From Halorarum halobium (GTDB lineage: Archaea > Halobacteriota > Halobacteria > Halobacteriales > Haloferacaceae), in NCBI RefSeq assembly GCF_032116555.1, contig NZ_CP134949.1, positions 310,001-374,000 of the forward strand: a stretch of DNA of 64,000 nt. The letters are read 5' to 3'. Under the pieces are notes generated by a model that searched no databases, was not told where the DNA came from, and saw only the letters and a program-made list of their open reading frames with translations. Each line of letters opens with the position of its first letter. The first letter of the stretch is position 1. Shown in pieces: positions 10,095 to 20,143 of the stretch. The translations under genes were made by a program, and so were the position numbers.

Positions 10095-10805
10095 TCAGCG
10101 CCGACGCCGCAGGAGTTCTCCCGTCCCGAGCACCCCCGCGAGCGCCCCGGCCACGCCGAACCCCGGCGAGTCGGTCTCCGTGACGTCCGGCCCGCCGATG
10201 TCGACGTCGGCGGTGTCGAAGGTCGCCGCGCCGACCTCCTCCAGTTGCGCCTGGACGTGGTCCGAACCACAGTCCGTCTGGCCGGTGACGATGAACAGTT
10301 TGCCGAACGCGACGCTGTCGTCGTCCACCGCCGCGAACAGCAGCGTGTCGGCCTGCGGGGTTTCCTCGGACGCGCGGTCGACGACGGTGACGTCGTAGGC
10401 GACCACCGCGTCGTCGGACTCGACGAACGGACAGGTGCTCACGTCCCGCGTCGAGGCGTCCTGGTTCACGCCCGCGACGTGGACGAACAGCCCCGTGTAG
10501 TCCGAATTTCCGAGCCGCGGCGCGTCCTCGGCGAACGCGGCGCTGGTCGTGGCCCGTTCGGCCTCCCCGTCGGCCGTCCCGGTGCCGTCCTGGGCGCGGG
10601 CGGTCCCGACCGTGCCGACCCCGACCGCCGCCGCTCCCGCGCCGGCGGTGCCCCGGAGGAACGACCGGCGGCCGAGTCGGTCCCGGCCGTCGATCCGGTT
10701 CACGCCGTCCGGGTCGTCGGAATCGTCCCGTCCGTCCGTCCCGACCGCGTCGTGTGCTGGAGCGGTCCCGCCGCTCCGTGAGTGGTCCCAGCGCATGGAG
10801 GCCAC
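10095..10805 (-). CDS. Tat-exported protein with PGF-CTERM sorting signal (start uncertain)
   Basis: Twin-arginine RRSFLRG, hydrophobic stretch and ARA cleavage site; C-terminus PGFGVAGALAGVLGTGELLRRRR. Confidence 0.75.
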   Translation of the reverse strand: MASMRWDHSRSGGTAPAHDAVGTDGRDDSDDPDGVNRIDGRDRLGRRSFLRGTAGAGAAAVGVGTVGTARAQDGTGTADGEAERATTSAAFAEDAPRLGNSDYTGLFVHVAGVNQDASTRDVSTCPFVESDDAVVAYDVTVVDRASEETPQADTLLFAAVDDDSVAFGKLFIVTGQTDCGSDHVQAQLEEVGAATFDTADVDIGGPDVTETDSPGFGVAGALAGVLGTGELLRRRR

Positions 10806-11028
10806 CGTTCGTTCCCCGGCCGGGTATGTGGCCTGCCAGCACCTGCCGTGTCACCCCGGGAGGTTCACGCGGGTGTCCGTCACGCGTCGGTACGGTCACG
10901 CGGCGTCGCACGGCGGGTGTCGTCTCGGGGGCCACGCCACGCCGTCGTCCAGCCGCGTTCGCCTCGGGGAGCACCTTCCGCCCGGGCCGGGGCCAAATCA
11001 TTAACCGGATTCCACGGAACCATCCGCC

Positions 11029-12801
11029 ATGGACCCCATCGACTACGCCCAGCTCGAGGACGGCAGCCACTGCAACTACTGGGCGCTCGACCCGACCCTC
11101 CGGCGGGCCGCCGAACGCGCCTACCCGGACGACGAGTTCGACTGGGCCGAGTCCCGCCTCTCGGCGTTCGGGTCGGTCGTCGGCCACACCGTCGCTGACA
11201 ACGCCGACGCGGTCGACGAGCGCGGAATCGACCTGCACACGTACGACCGGAACGGCGACCTGGCGAACGACGTGCGCTACCCCCGAGAACTCCTGGAGAG
11301 CGAGCGGCTGGCCTACGAACACGGCACCGTCGCCGACGCGTTCCGCGCCCCGGCCGACCGGGAGGAGCCGGTCGGGCTCGTCCACACGTTGACGATGCAA
11401 GCACTGCTCTCCCATGCGGACGCCGGGCTCACCTGCCCGGTGTCGATGACCGCCGGCGCGGCGCTCGTGCTCGGGAACCACGACGACGGCCACCTCGACG
11501 GCTATCTCGACGGGCTCACGGCCCGCGAGGGCGACGAGCGCATCGAGGGCGCGATGTTCCTCACCGAGAAGCAGGGCGGCAGCGACGTCGGCGCGGCCGA
11601 GACCGTCGCCGAACGCGTCGAGGGTCGGGAGTACGAACTGACCGGCGAGAAGTGGTTCTGCTCGAACGTCGACGCGCAGGGGACGCTCGTGCTCGCCCGC
11701 CGGCCCGACGCGCCCGAGGGCACCGCCGGGCTGTCGCTGTTTCTCGTCCCGCACGAACTGCCCGACGGGCGCCTGAACGACCAGACGTACCGCCGGCTGA
11801 AGGACAAGCTCGGCACGATCAGCGTCCCGACCGGCGAGGTCGAACTGCAGGGGGCGACGGGGTATCTCGTCGGCGAGCCGGAGGAGGGGTTCCGGTACAT
11901 GACGACGATGCTGAACTGGGAGCGGGTAACCAACGCCACCGGCGCGGTGGGCATCATCGGCCGCGGGCTGCTGGAGGCGAAGGTCCACGCCGCCAACCGC
12001 GAGGCGTTCGGGAAGCGGCTCGACGAACTCCCGCTGATGCGGCGCGATCTGGCGGCGTTGAGCGTCGAGTACGAGGCGGTCGTCGCGGTGACGATGGAGG
12101 CCGCCCGCTGGCTCGACCGCTACGAGCGCGACCGCGGCGACGAGGAGGCGTTCAAGCTGATGCGGGTGCTCGCCCCACTGTCGAAACACCACACCGCCCG
12201 CGCCGCGGTCGACTGTTCCTCGGACGCGATGGAGATCCTGGGCGGGGACGGCTACGTCCGGGAGTTCGTCACCCACCGTCTGCTCCGGGACGCGCAGGTG
12301 CTCCCCATCTGGGAGGGCACCTCGAACGTGCTCTCGCTCGATCTGCTCCGGGCGTTCGACCGGGCCGACGCCGCGCCGACGTTTCTCACCTTCTGTCGCG
12401 AGCGACTCGACGAGGCGACCCACCCCGCGCTGGCGGCGGCAGTCGAGGAGGCAGAGACGCGCCACGAGGCGCTCCAGTCGGCCCTGTTCTCGCTCGCCGA
12501 TGCGGACGAGGCGGACGCACAGCACGGGGCCAAGGAGCTCTCGCGGCTCTGCTACGACGTGCTCGCCGCGAGCCTCCTCCTCGCCGGCGCGCAGGCCGAG
12601 ATCGACGAGCGCGGGGACGCGCGGCTGGCCGCCGTCGCGCGGTGGTTCGTCCGCGATCGGTTCGAATCGCCCGCCGACCGGGGCGTCTCCGATTCCGAGG
12701 CCGTCTCCCGGGAGGCGTTCGACGCGATCGTTCGCCACGCGGGGCTGGATCCCGAGTCACTGACGGACGGTGGCGAGGACGGCGACGGTGGCGACGACTG
12801 A
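11029..12801 (+). CDS. Acyl-CoA dehydrogenase family protein (AidB-like)
   Basis: CPVSMT, MFLTEKQGGSDV, GEKWFCS, RLKDKLG, IWEGTSNV. Confidence 0.92.
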   Translation: MDPIDYAQLEDGSHCNYWALDPTLRRAAERAYPDDEFDWAESRLSAFGSVVGHTVADNADAVDERGIDLHTYDRNGDLANDVRYPRELLESERLAYEHGTVADAFRAPADREEPVGLVHTLTMQALLSHADAGLTCPVSMTAGAALVLGNHDDGHLDGYLDGLTAREGDERIEGAMFLTEKQGGSDVGAAETVAERVEGREYELTGEKWFCSNVDAQGTLVLARRPDAPEGTAGLSLFLVPHELPDGRLNDQTYRRLKDKLGTISVPTGEVELQGATGYLVGEPEEGFRYMTTMLNWERVTNATGAVGIIGRGLLEAKVHAANREAFGKRLDELPLMRRDLAALSVEYEAVVAVTMEAARWLDRYERDRGDEEAFKLMRVLAPLSKHHTARAAVDCSSDAMEILGGDGYVREFVTHRLLRDAQVLPIWEGTSNVLSLDLLRAFDRADAAPTFLTFCRERLDEATHPALAAAVEEAETRHEALQSALFSLADADEADAQHGAKELSRLCYDVLAASLLLAGAQAEIDERGDARLAAVARWFVRDRFESPADRGVSDSEAVSREAFDAIVRHAGLDPESLTDGGEDGDGGDD

Positions 12802-12920
12802 TCTCTCCTGGCGGGCACGTCTGCCGGCGGACGCCCCCGGCCGGAACTTAAGTCGGCGCCCGTCCATGTGCCGACGATGCGCCACGGTACCACGCCGGCA
12901 GTTCCCGCGAGGTGGCCCCG

Positions 12921-14234
12921 GTGAGCTACGAGCGATCGGTCTCGGCAAGCCCGCACGAACTCGCGCCCGAGACCGTCTGGAACGTCGAGATCCCGCAGCT
13001 TCGGGTCGGCCCCGGCGCGGTCGAGGAGATCGGCACACAGCTCGACTCCGTGGGGGCCGACGCGGACGCACGGGGGCTGATCGTCACCGACGAGACGCTC
13101 GTCGACCTCGGCCACGCGGGCCGGGTCGCTGACCACGTCGAGGCTGCCGGCTACGACGTGGACGTGTACGACGGTACGGAGCGGGAGCCGTCGATCCGGG
13201 ACGTCGAGGGCTGCATCTCGTTCGTCCGCGAGGAGATGGGCGCGGACGGCTACGACTTCTACGTCGGCCTCGGCGGCGGGAGCTGTCTCGACACCGCGAA
13301 GACGACCCGGTCGGTCGTCGCCAACGGCGGCGAGATCCTGGACTACGTCGCCGAGCCGACCGGCGAGGGGGAGGCGCTGACCGACCACGGCCCGCCGCTG
13401 GTGCTGGTGCCGACGACCGCCGGAACCGGCTCCGAGATCTCGCCGGTCGCCATCCTCTCGGTCGAGGAGAAGGAGATCAAGGAGGGCATCTCCAGCGCGA
13501 ACGTCCGCGCCGACGCCGCGCTGCTCGACCCGACGCTCACGACGACGCTGCCGCCCGAACTCACCGCGAAGACGGCGATGGACGCGCTCGGGCACGCCAT
13601 CGAGGGGTACACGACACACGCCTTCGACGAACTCCTGCGTCCGGAGGACCCCGCGGACCGCCCGGTGTACGCCGGCCGGACGGGCTTCACCGAGATGTTC
13701 AGCGAACGGGCGATCTCGCTCCTCTCGGGCAACGTCCGGCGCGTCGTCAACAACGGCGACGACCTCGAGGCCCGGGGCGCGATGTTGAAGGGCGCGCTGT
13801 ACGGCGCCATCGCCGGCCTGACGGCGGGCGCGAGCCTCTGTCACGCGATGGCGTACCCCGTCGGCAACCGGTACCACACGTTCCACGGCGAGACCATCGC
13901 CGTGCTCACCCCGGCGAGCACGCTCGGCTACAACGTCGCCAGCGACCCCGAGCGGTTCGCGCGGGTGGCCGAGCTGCTCGGGGCGAACACGGACGGGATG
14001 GGGACCCGCGAGGCGGCCGACGAGGCCCGCGAGGAGTTCGTGCGCCTCCAGCGCGACCTGAACGTCCTGCCGAGCGGCCTGCACGAACTTGCCGACGTGA
14101 CCGAGGAGGAGATCGACTGGCTGGCGGGCCAGACGGTCGACACCCAACAGCGCCTGCTCCGCTGTAACCCCCGGCCGGTGACGAAGGCGGACGTGGCGGA
14201 CATCTTCCGGGAGTCGCTGCACAACTGGGAGTGA
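12921..14234 (+). CDS. Iron-containing alcohol dehydrogenase, hydroxyacid-oxoacid transhydrogenase-like
   Basis: GGGSCLDTAK, PTTAGTGSE, MDALGHAIEGY, LCHAMAYP, HGET; RPVYAG segment typical of the HOT subfamily. Confidence 0.85.
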   Translation: MSYERSVSASPHELAPETVWNVEIPQLRVGPGAVEEIGTQLDSVGADADARGLIVTDETLVDLGHAGRVADHVEAAGYDVDVYDGTEREPSIRDVEGCISFVREEMGADGYDFYVGLGGGSCLDTAKTTRSVVANGGEILDYVAEPTGEGEALTDHGPPLVLVPTTAGTGSEISPVAILSVEEKEIKEGISSANVRADAALLDPTLTTTLPPELTAKTAMDALGHAIEGYTTHAFDELLRPEDPADRPVYAGRTGFTEMFSERAISLLSGNVRRVVNNGDDLEARGAMLKGALYGAIAGLTAGASLCHAMAYPVGNRYHTFHGETIAVLTPASTLGYNVASDPERFARVAELLGANTDGMGTREAADEAREEFVRLQRDLNVLPSGLHELADVTEEEIDWLAGQTVDTQQRLLRCNPRPVTKADVADIFRESLHNWE

Positions 14235-14270
14235 CGGGGAGGGCATCTCACTCCGTCCGCTCGGTGCGTC

Positions 14271-15521
14271 TCAGACCGTCACCCGCGCGCCGAGTTCCGG
14301 CGCGCTCGCGTCGTAGCCGTCCGCGCGTAACTCCTCGGCGAACGCCTCACAGCGGTCGCCGTGGTTCACCAGCACCTCGGCGTCGCGGTACGACTCCAGG
14401 AAGTCTAAGAGCCCGCTTCGGTCGGCGTGTGCCGAAAAGTCGTACTGCTCCACGCGAGCGCTGACCGGCATCACGCGCCCGTCGATCTCCGCGCTCCCGG
14501 TCTCCAGCAGGCTCCGCCCGGGGGTGCCCTCGACCTGGTAGCCGGTCAGCGTGATCTTGTTCGTCGGGTTCGCGCGAATCGCCGGGATGTACGTCATGGC
14601 GGGGCCGCCAGACAGCATCCCGCTGGTGGTGATGATCGCCGCCCGCTGGTCGACGATGCGCTCCCGCTGGCCGTCGCGGCCGGTGACGACCCGGGCGTGT
14701 GACGTCGCACGACGAAGTGCATCGGCGTTGCGGACGAATTCGGGGTACTGCCGCAGCATCTCGGTCACCTCAGTGCCCATCCCGTCGACGTAACAGGGCA
14801 CGTCGTAGGCCTCACAGATGAGCATCAGTTCCTGCGTCCGTCCGATGGCGAACGCGGGGACGATCACGGTGCCGCCCTCCCAGAGCGTCGTCTTCACGCT
14901 CTCGGCGAAGCGTTCCTCGATGGCCGTGCGGTCCTCGTGTTCGACGTCCGAGTACGTGCTCTCACAGATGACGACGTCCGCGTCGGGGCGGGCTGTCGTG
15001 CCCGACACCAGTCTCTGATCGTCGGTGTGAAAATCGCCCGTGTAGAGCAGTCGGGTGTCCCCGTCGTCAACGATAACGTGCGCGCTCCCGGGGATGTGGC
15101 CCGCCTCGAAGAACGTCACCTCGTAGCCGGCGGCCTCGAACGGCTCGCCGTAGCCGTGTTCGACCGACACCTCGCCGATCCGGCGGACGTCCTCGCCGGT
15201 GAACGGGCACCGCGGGCTGTTGCCGTGCAGCTTCAGCGTGTCGCGGGCGAGCGTGAGCGCGAGTTCGCGGGTCGGCGGCGTCCAGTGGATCTCGGGGCGG
15301 GCCTCCCCCGAGAGCAGCGCCGGCACCGCGCCGACGTGGTCGAGGTGGCCGTGGGAGACGACGACCGCGTTGGGGTCGACCCCGCGACCGCCCCCGGCCG
15401 AGCCGAGGGGGTACTGGGGCGGCGTCGCCGTCTTCGTCCCGTAATCGAGGAGGAGCGACTCGTCGACGAGCACGGCGCTGCGACCGACCTCGCCGGCGCC
15501 GCCGAGGAACTGGACGTCCAT
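14271..15521 (-). CDS. MBL-fold beta-CASP RNA-processing nuclease family protein
   Basis: FLGGAGEVGRS, SHGHLDHVG, AGHIPGS, YTGDF, ESTY, PAFAIGRTQE, FSAHAD. Confidence 0.92.
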   Translation of the reverse strand: MDVQFLGGAGEVGRSAVLVDESLLLDYGTKTATPPQYPLGSAGGGRGVDPNAVVVSHGHLDHVGAVPALLSGEARPEIHWTPPTRELALTLARDTLKLHGNSPRCPFTGEDVRRIGEVSVEHGYGEPFEAAGYEVTFFEAGHIPGSAHVIVDDGDTRLLYTGDFHTDDQRLVSGTTARPDADVVICESTYSDVEHEDRTAIEERFAESVKTTLWEGGTVIVPAFAIGRTQELMLICEAYDVPCYVDGMGTEVTEMLRQYPEFVRNADALRRATSHARVVTGRDGQRERIVDQRAAIITTSGMLSGGPAMTYIPAIRANPTNKITLTGYQVEGTPGRSLLETGSAEIDGRVMPVSARVEQYDFSAHADRSGLLDFLESYRDAEVLVNHGDRCEAFAEELRADGYDASAPELGARVTV

Positions 15522-15578
15522 CGCACCCACCTCCGCGGCGGAGCGGTTTTCCTCCATCGGTTTCGCGCTCGGACGCGT

Positions 15579-15704
15579 TCACGCCCGGCGCGGTCGCCGG
15601 CCGGAGCCGTCAGCGTTCCCGAGCGCGTCCTCGACTTCGGGCGTCAGCCTGCTGTACACCGACCGGCCGTCGCGCTCGCGCTCGACGAGGCCGTCCTCGG
15701 CCAG
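15579..15704 (-). pseudogene. C-terminal remnant of a winged-helix transcription regulator
   Basis: Minus-strand translation LAEDGLVERERDGRSVYSRLTPEVEDAL...* is a wHTH wing; the upstream in-frame sequence is not HTH-like. Confidence 0.7.
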
Positions 15705-16340
15705 GACGGCACGCTCGTGTTCCGGTCGTACCCCGACGAGCGATCCCAGCAGGACGAGCGGCAGGAACGGCTCATCGCGGACGGGACGGCGACCGCGGAG
15801 GTCTACGTCATGAGCGCCGCGGAGTCGGGGAGCGAGAGCGGCGGCGAACTCGCGACCGACGTCGTCACGTACGGCGAGGACACGACCGTCGAGGTGACCG
15901 AGCGGAGCGAGGGCACCGTCGAGATGACCGTCGAGCGCTCAAAGGAGCAGGGGAAGGTCCTCATCACCTCGGTCTCGGAGGAGGCGATCAGTTCGGCCGA
16001 GGACGTGCAGGTGACCGTCGACGGTGAGGCGGCCGCGCGGGCGTCCTCCTACGGCGAACTCGAGAGCGCCGCGAACGGCGGCGACACCTCGAAGTTCCTC
16101 GTCCAGCAGTCCTCGAGCGCCGAGGCGAGCGCGGACGTGCTCGTCGCGGTGAACCACTTCTCGAGCCGCGAGGTCGCCATGAGCGAGGGCGGCAACGGGA
16201 GCGATACCGGAAGCGGCGGTGACGGCAGCAGTGACGGCGGCAGCGGCGATGGCTCGACCACGACCGGGCCGGGTCTCGGCGTCACGGCCGGCGTGCTCGC
16301 CCTGCTGAGCGTCGCGCTGCTCGCGCGTCGCCGGGTCTGA
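15693..16340 (+). pseudogene. 5'-truncated cell-surface protein with PGF-like C-terminal anchor
   Basis: Acidic Ser/Thr-rich coding frame begins abruptly near 15693 with no signal peptide; ends in a Gly/Ser/Asp linker and PGLGVTAGVLALLSVALLARRRV; first internal ATG at 15810. Confidence 0.65.
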
Positions 16341-16583
16341 TTCGCCGCGTCGCGCTTCGGGGTGATCCATCGCCTCGCGCGGCGAGGCTGACCCGATTCG
16401 GGCCGTCGCGGTCGCGGATCGTACCGTCCGGACGACCACCGGGCTGACGCGGTCACAGATCGTCTTTTCGTCGCAGTTCCCGAGCCGCCGACCGTCGCCA
16501 ATCCGTCGGTACCTGGCCGCAGTCTGCCAACTATCGCTGCCGAACGTTGATTGGGACTCTCGTGTGATTCGTGAACGTACCCC

Positions 16584-17615
16584 ATGATAACGGAGACAGC
16601 GCTCAGAGCCATGTTCACGGACATGGTGACCGCGCGCCACTACGAGGAGCGGTTACAGGAGGAGTATCTGGAGGGGAAACAGCCGGCGTTCGACATCTCG
16701 GCGGGCCAGATTCCCGGCGAACTCCACCTCGCCGCGGGGCAGGAACCGGCGGCTGTCGGCGTCTGCCAGCACCTCCGCGAGGACGACACGGTCACCGCGC
16801 CCCACCGTCCCCACCACGTCGCCATCGCCAAGGGCGTCGACCTTGACCGGATGACCGCGGAGATATTCGGCCGACAAACGGGCCTCTGCAAGGGGAAGGG
16901 CGGGCACATGCACCTGTTCGACCCGGACGTGAACTTCGCGTGCAGCGGCATCATCGCGCAGGGCTGTCCGCCCGCGGTCGGCGCCGCGCTGGCGGCGAAA
17001 AAGCGCGGCGAGGACAGCGTCGCCGTGTCGTATCTGGGCGAGGGCGCCATCAGCCAGGGCGGGTTCCTGGAGTCGCTCAACCTGGCGAGCCTCCACGACC
17101 TTCCGGTCGTGTTCGTCGTCGAGGACAACGACTGGGCGATCAGCATGCCGAAGGAGCGCGTGACGAACGTCTCCAACGGCGCAAAGCGTGCGGAGGGGTT
17201 CGAGATGCCCGGCGAGCGCGTCGACTACAACGACGCCGTCGCGGTGTACGAGGCGGCCGACGGGGCCATCGAGCGCGCCCGCGCCGGCAACGGCCCGACG
17301 CTGCTGGAGGTGCAGGTCCACCGCCACATGGGCCACTTCATGGGCGACCCCGAGACGTATCGCCCCGACGAGGAGGTGCCGCGGCTCCGGCGCATGGACC
17401 CCATCGACCGCCTCGCGGACGACCTCCGCGACGCGGGCGTGAGTGACGACGAGCTCGAGGAGCTGCGCGAGACGGCCGAGTCACGCGTCGAGGACGCCAT
17501 CGCGTACGCGAAGGAACAGCCACAGCCCGACCCGGAGGAGGCGTACGAGGACGCGTTCGTGAACCCGCCCGGGGCGAGCGACGCCGCCGCGGCCGACGCC
17601 GGAGGTGACGACTGA
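16584..17615 (+). CDS. 2-oxoacid/acetoin dehydrogenase E1 alpha subunit (TPP-dependent; start may be 16611)
   Basis: GELHLAAGQE, HRPHH, GKGGHMH, TPP motif GEGA...EDNDWAIS, GHFMGDP. Confidence 0.92.
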   Translation: MITETALRAMFTDMVTARHYEERLQEEYLEGKQPAFDISAGQIPGELHLAAGQEPAAVGVCQHLREDDTVTAPHRPHHVAIAKGVDLDRMTAEIFGRQTGLCKGKGGHMHLFDPDVNFACSGIIAQGCPPAVGAALAAKKRGEDSVAVSYLGEGAISQGGFLESLNLASLHDLPVVFVVEDNDWAISMPKERVTNVSNGAKRAEGFEMPGERVDYNDAVAVYEAADGAIERARAGNGPTLLEVQVHRHMGHFMGDPETYRPDEEVPRLRRMDPIDRLADDLRDAGVSDDELEELRETAESRVEDAIAYAKEQPQPDPEEAYEDAFVNPPGASDAAAADAGGDD

Positions 17616-18772
17616 TGGCGACCCAGGACCCCGAACGGGAGGGCGACGAGTCCGAGGCCGCGGCGGCGGAGCAGGAGGCGGCGGCGGAGCACGAGTCCGG
17701 CCCTCGGGAGGAACACGAAACGGACGCGGGGGAGGCAGAACGGGAGTCCGACGCCCGGGAGGCCGACGCCGGCGGGCGCGAACTCACGATGAGCCGCGCG
17801 ATGGTCGAGGCCATCCGGACCGAGATGGCGGCCGACGAGGAGGTGTTCGTCATGGGCGAGGACGTCGCCGACTACGGCGGCATCTTCGACAGCACGCAGG
17901 GGCTGCTCGAGGAGTTCGGACACGACCGGGTCATGGACGTCCCCATCAGCGAGACGGGCTTCATCGGCGCCGGCGTCGGGGCCGCACAGGCCGGCATGCG
18001 GCCGATCGTCGAGCTGATGTTCGCGGACTTCTTCGGCGTCGCGATGGACCAGATCTACAACGGGATGGCCAAGAACACGTACATGTCGGGCGGGGCGGTG
18101 AACGTCCCGATGGTGCTCATGACCGCCGTCGGCGGCGGCTACAACGACGCCGCCCAGCACTCCCAGACGCTGTACGGCACGTTCACGCACCTCCCCGGCA
18201 TGAAGGTGGTCGTCCCGAGCACGGCCTACGACGCGAAGGGGCTGATGCACGGGGCCATCCGTGACGACGACCCGGTCGTCTACATGTTCCACAAGCGGCT
18301 GATGGGCCTCGCCTGGATGCCCGCGCCGCCGGGACCGAAGACGGCCGTCCCGGAGGAGGAGTACACCATCCCGTTCGGCGAGGCGGACGTGAAGCGCGAG
18401 GGCGGGGACGTGACCGTGGTCACGCTCGGCCTCCACGTCCACCGGGCGCTCGACGCCGCCGAGGACCTCGCCGAGGACGGCATCGACGCCGAGGTGATCG
18501 ACCTCCGGACGCTCGTCCCGCTCGACGAGGAGACGATGCTGGACTCGGTCGAGAAGACCGGCCGGCTGGTCGTCGTCGACGAGGACTACCGGTCGTTCGG
18601 CCTCACGGGCGAGATCGTCGCCCGCGCCGCGGAGTCGAACCTCGACGCCCTGGAGGCGGTCGAGCGGGTGGCGATGCCGGACGTCCCCATCCCGTACGCC
18701 AGGCCGCTGGAGGAGGAGGTGAACCCGGACGGCGAGGACGTCGCCGCCGCCGTGCGCTCCGCGCTCGAATGA
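17615..18772 (+). CDS. 2-oxoacid/acetoin dehydrogenase E1 beta subunit
   Basis: MGEDVADYGG, DVPISETGF, ELMFADF, AQHSQ, IDLRTLVPLD. Confidence 0.93.
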   Translation: MATQDPEREGDESEAAAAEQEAAAEHESGPREEHETDAGEAERESDAREADAGGRELTMSRAMVEAIRTEMAADEEVFVMGEDVADYGGIFDSTQGLLEEFGHDRVMDVPISETGFIGAGVGAAQAGMRPIVELMFADFFGVAMDQIYNGMAKNTYMSGGAVNVPMVLMTAVGGGYNDAAQHSQTLYGTFTHLPGMKVVVPSTAYDAKGLMHGAIRDDDPVVYMFHKRLMGLAWMPAPPGPKTAVPEEEYTIPFGEADVKREGGDVTVVTLGLHVHRALDAAEDLAEDGIDAEVIDLRTLVPLDEETMLDSVEKTGRLVVVDEDYRSFGLTGEIVARAAESNLDALEAVERVAMPDVPIPYARPLEEEVNPDGEDVAAAVRSALE

Positions 18773-18836
18773 GGGTGGGCCGAAGCCGGCTCACACCCTG
18801 CGAATCCGTCGCCCGGACCCGAACGAGGTGGGGGCC

Positions 18837-19097
18837 GTGAGCGAGTCGACCGTCGCGGTCGACTCGGCCGACGTCTGGCCCGCGGACGCCGCCGACGTCG
18901 AGGAGGCGGTCGTGGCGACGTGGTTCGTCCGGGAGGGGGCCGCGGTCGAGGTCGACGACACGCTGTGTGAGATCCAGATCGAGAAGGTGAGCGTCGACGT
19001 GCCCGCGCCCGCGTCGGGCGAACTCGTCGAGCAGACCGTCCCCGAGAACGGCGAGTTCCGTCGCGGCGACACCCTGGGGCGGATTCGGACCGAGTAG
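18837..19097 (+). CDS. Stand-alone lipoyl domain protein
   Basis: WFVREGAAVEVDDTLCEIQIEKVSVDVPAPASG, with the lipoyl-lysine in EKV. Confidence 0.9.
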   Translation: MSESTVAVDSADVWPADAADVEEAVVATWFVREGAAVEVDDTLCEIQIEKVSVDVPAPASGELVEQTVPENGEFRRGDTLGRIRTE

Positions 19098-19110
19098 TCG
19101 GGAGGCGTCG

Positions 19111-19155
19111 TCGTCGGACACGGTCGGCATCGTCGGACACGGTCGGCGTCGTCGG
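19111..19155. repeat. Short tandem repeat, 19-bp period x2.4 (TCGTCGGACACGGTCGGC core)
   Basis: Copies at 19111-19128 and 19130-19147 plus a partial copy; lies between convergent genes. Confidence 0.85.
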
Positions 19156-19177
19156 TGGCGAGCGTCCGGGCTCCGGG

Positions 19178-20143
19178 CTACAGCCAGCCCTCCCGACTGA
19201 AGTACGCGGTGAGGATGACCGCGACGGCGGCCATCCCGAGCATCGTCGCGTGGTAGGCGTACGGCCACGACAGTTCGGGCATCGCCTCGAAGTTCATGCC
19301 GAACACGCCGGCGACGAGCGTGAGCGGCAGGACGACCGTGGCGACGACCGTCAGCCGTCGCATCACCTCGTTGGTCGACTGTGAGAGCGTGTTGAGGTAG
19401 ATGTCCCGCGCGCCGGCGGTCAGGTCGCGGTACGTCTCGGTCAACTCGACCACCTGCACGAGGTGGTCGTACACGTCGCGGTAGTACTTCTCGATGGGCT
19501 CGGTGACGTGGTCGGCGTCACCGCGGTAGAGCGCGTTCGCGGCGTCGCGGCTCGGCCAGACGACCCGCCGGATGGAGAGCAGTTCCCGGCGGAGGTCGTT
19601 GATGAGCGCGAGCGTCTCCGGGTCGGGCGCCTCGACGACCCGCTCCTCGACGGTCTCGATGTCGTCCTCGAGTTCGTCGAGCAGGTCGAAGTAGCCGTCG
19701 ACGATCCGGTCGAACACGAGATAGCCCGCGTAGTCGGCGCCCCGGGAGAGCACGCGGCGCTCGTCGGCCGCCACCCGGTCCCAGACGTCGTCGACGGGCG
19801 CGACCGCCTCGGCGGTCATCGTCACCAGCCAGTCGTCGCCGATGAAGATGCCCACCTGCTGGGTGCGGATCTCCTCGAGGAACGTCGTCTCGCCGACGCG
19901 GAAGCGGGCGGCCTTCACCAGCAGGAACGTGTACTCGTCGAGCACCTCGGTCTTCGGCCGGACGTCATTCAGCACGTCCTCGACGTGGAGCGGGTGGACG
20001 TCGAACCGCTCGGCGACGGCGTCGAGGTCTGCGCGGTCGGCCGACGCGACGGTCGCCCAGGTGGTTCCGGGGGCCTCGATGGCCTCCCCGAGGTCGTCGT
20101 ACGCGGCGACCCCGTCTGGGGTGTAGGACAGCGAGCGGGTCAC
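19178..20143 (-). CDS. corA: CorA-family magnesium/cobalt transporter
   Basis: HPLHVEDV...RPK, YYRDVYDHL, NEVMRRLTVV, GVFGMNF signature, MPEL; GTG start at 20143. Confidence 0.92.
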   Translation of the reverse strand: MTRSLSYTPDGVAAYDDLGEAIEAPGTTWATVASADRADLDAVAERFDVHPLHVEDVLNDVRPKTEVLDEYTFLLVKAARFRVGETTFLEEIRTQQVGIFIGDDWLVTMTAEAVAPVDDVWDRVAADERRVLSRGADYAGYLVFDRIVDGYFDLLDELEDDIETVEERVVEAPDPETLALINDLRRELLSIRRVVWPSRDAANALYRGDADHVTEPIEKYYRDVYDHLVQVVELTETYRDLTAGARDIYLNTLSQSTNEVMRRLTVVATVVLPLTLVAGVFGMNFEAMPELSWPYAYHATMLGMAAVAVILTAYFSREGWL

